This document shows positions 62,572-64,000 of a stretch of 64,000 nucleotides of DNA, piece by piece. The stretch is taken from NCBI RefSeq assembly GCF_051105105.1, contig NZ_CP185339.1; one strand, written 5' to 3'. The DNA comes from Nannocystis pusilla (GTDB lineage: Bacteria; Myxococcota_A; Polyangia; Nannocystales; Nannocystaceae). Position numbers and translations under genes: made by a program. Each line of letters starts with the position of its first letter. Position 1 is the stretch's first letter. Below the pieces are notes generated by a model, which was not told where the DNA came from, did not search any database, and was given only the letters and a program-made list of their open reading frames with translations.

Positions 62572-63538
62572 TCAGCTCCACTGCAGGTCGAGGACGAAGC
62601 GCCGCCACTCGCGCTCGAAGCGGGGCATGTCGCGGTGGCCGACGAGCTTCTGCAGGGTGCCGTAGCCGCCGGGATCGAGGACGGCGCCGGCGACGAAGGC
62701 GTGATAGTAGTCGCGCAGGCGACCCTGCTCCTGTAAATAATAGCAGAGGTAGCGGGCCTGGGCGTAATTGAGGCCGGAGCGCGCGCCGTAGAATTTCGTC
62801 GGAGTCGGTGGCGCACAGCTCGGCGAACGAGCGCAGGCGCCGGGCCCGGATGGCGGCCTGCAGCTGCGGCAGGCGCCAGTTGGGGTAGCCGACGATCCGG
62901 CCGCCGTGCTCGCCGCACTGCTCGTAGAGCGAGGCGAGGCCCTCGTTGAACCAGGCGGGGCAGGCGGGGAAGTTGGCGGCCATGAACGGATGGACGATCT
63001 CGTGGACGAGGGTGCCGCCGCCGGTGCCGATGTTCATGATCAGGGCGGCGTGCCGCGGCGAGTAATAGCCATAGGGGGTGTCGGGCTCCTCGCCGAACAA
63101 CTCGCGGGTGTTGCGGCCGTAGCTGGCACGGTCGGCGAACAAATACACGTCGATGATGCGCGCCGGGTCGCGGGCGAAGTAGTCCTGCTTGAGCCGCAGC
63201 ACCGACCAGTGGATCGTGCGATCGGCCCGCCGCTGGACGTCGGCGGGCGGTTCGTCGCCGATGACCACGAAGGGCGGCTCGACGAGGACGGTGAAGCCGC
63301 GGCCGACGTGGCGCTCGCGCAATGCGTCGGCGCGGGCGTCGAGGGCGGCGCGAGTGACGAGGGGCGGGCCGAGGGCCGAATTCGCGACCGGAGGCGGCGG
63401 CGGACCCGGCGAGGGGAGCTCGGGCTCGGGCTCGGGCGCGAGCGCGCGGCGGGGAGGGGGCGGCGCGGAGGTCGGGCGATCGCCGCAAGCCCAGGTGCCG
63501 GCGGCGACGAGCCCGAGGGCGAAATCTCGGCGGTGCAT
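62572..63538 (-). CDS. DUF1570-like (peptidase MA superfamily, HExxH) secreted lipoprotein with a frameshift near 62800
   Basis: Lipobox GTWACGD. HEIVHPFM...FNEGLASLYE zincin-like motif. The C-terminus FYGARSGLNYAQARYLCYYLQEQGRLRDYYHAF...FVLDLQWS is in the adjacent frame. An extra base in the gaatttc run explains the shift. Confidence 0.6.
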
Positions 63539-63599
63539 GCAGCGGTAGAGCACGCACGCGCCGGGCCGATGGGTCTGGTGCGACCGACGAGGTCGCAAG

Positions 63600-63745
63600 A
63601 GAGGATGGAGCCAGCGGTTCGATCTGCGCCTGGGGACGGGTCGATGCGGACGATGCCGCGCGAGGATCGATCTGTTCGTGGGGACAGGGCCGGCTCGACG
63701 CAAATGATGCCGCGTGAAGCTGTCCCGAGAGACATGTGATTCGCC
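63600..63745. repeat. Degenerate GGGGACAGGG / GGACATGT repeats plus a duplicated GATGCCGCG motif
   Basis: The sequence ggggacgggtcgatgcggacgatgccgcg ... ggggacagggcc ... aatgatgccgcgtgaagctgtcccgagagacatgtga. Confidence 0.5.
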
Positions 63746-63759
63746 GGCTCGGCGGCGCG

Positions 63760-64000
63760 TCACGGGTCGTGCTGCAGGTAGCTCGGATGCCGCGGCAGGC
63801 GCAGGCTGACGAGGGCGGTGAGGACCATCATCGCGCTCACGTACCAGAAGAACGACGTCTCGTGGCCGAGCGACTTGAGCGCCAGCGCCACGTACTCGGC
63901 CGAGCCGCCGAAGATCGCGTTCGCCACCGCGTAGGCGAGGCCGACCCCGAGCGCGCGCACCTCCGGGGGGAACATCTCGGCTTTGACGATGCCGCTGATC
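63760..64000 (-). CDS. MFS transporter (MHS/ProP-like), C-terminal fragment; the gene continues past the window end
   Basis: C-terminal MFS helices [33 protein letters not shown]. The ORF is open to position 64000. Confidence 0.55.
   Translation of the reverse strand, partial: ISGIVKAEMFPPEVRALGVGLAYAVANAIFGGSAEYVALALKSLGHETSFFWYVSAMMVLTALVSLRLPRHPSYLQHDP

Overview
This is a 64 kb, roughly 70-72% GC bacterial chromosomal segment. It carries many lipoproteins, an ECF sigma/anti-sigma operon, a hybrid sensor kinase and eukaryote-like extracellular repeats, which suggests a myxobacterial (Myxococcota-like) origin; that origin is an inference. No rRNA, tRNA, CRISPR array, transposase or phage gene was recognised.

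Readable gene content:
- a trpE(partial)-trpG-trpD-trpC-trpF operon
- a Mur-ligase-family gene that lacks its N-terminal domain
- an aldo/keto reductase with a TetR regulator
- typA/bipA, rlmE, rplC, a TatD nuclease and a methyltransferase
- an OmpA-family protein and a thioredoxin-like lipoprotein
- a very large PAS-PAS-HK-REC-HK hybrid sensor kinase
- a tldD-pmbA pair
- a fused ECF sigma/anti-sigma ORF
- an 869 aa cytochrome c peroxidase-family lipoprotein
- kynureninase overlapping a small MGMT-like gene
- gcvT-gcvH, and an ArsR plus SRPBCC pair
- pcm and nadE
- a divergent Prs-like gene translationally coupled to an IucA/IucC (NIS) synthetase
- a TauE/SafE exporter
- a TAXI solute-binding / ion-channel / RCK fusion gene
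- a CAP-domain lipoprotein, an M28 peptidase, a DUF1570-like metalloprotease and an MFS C-terminal fragment

The dominant unexplained signal is a dispersed repeat built on the perfect palindrome GGACATGTCC. It occurs at roughly 25 loci as tandem arrays with a strict 14-bp phase. Most copies sit at gene boundaries, but several lie in-frame inside coding sequences.

A second pervasive feature is at least ten apparent single-base frameshifts in otherwise conserved genes, including typA and gcvH. Several sit in short homopolymers, which points to indel sequencing errors rather than real pseudogenes. All annotation here comes from manual translation and motif recognition, and coordinates of starts and frameshifts may be off by a few bases.
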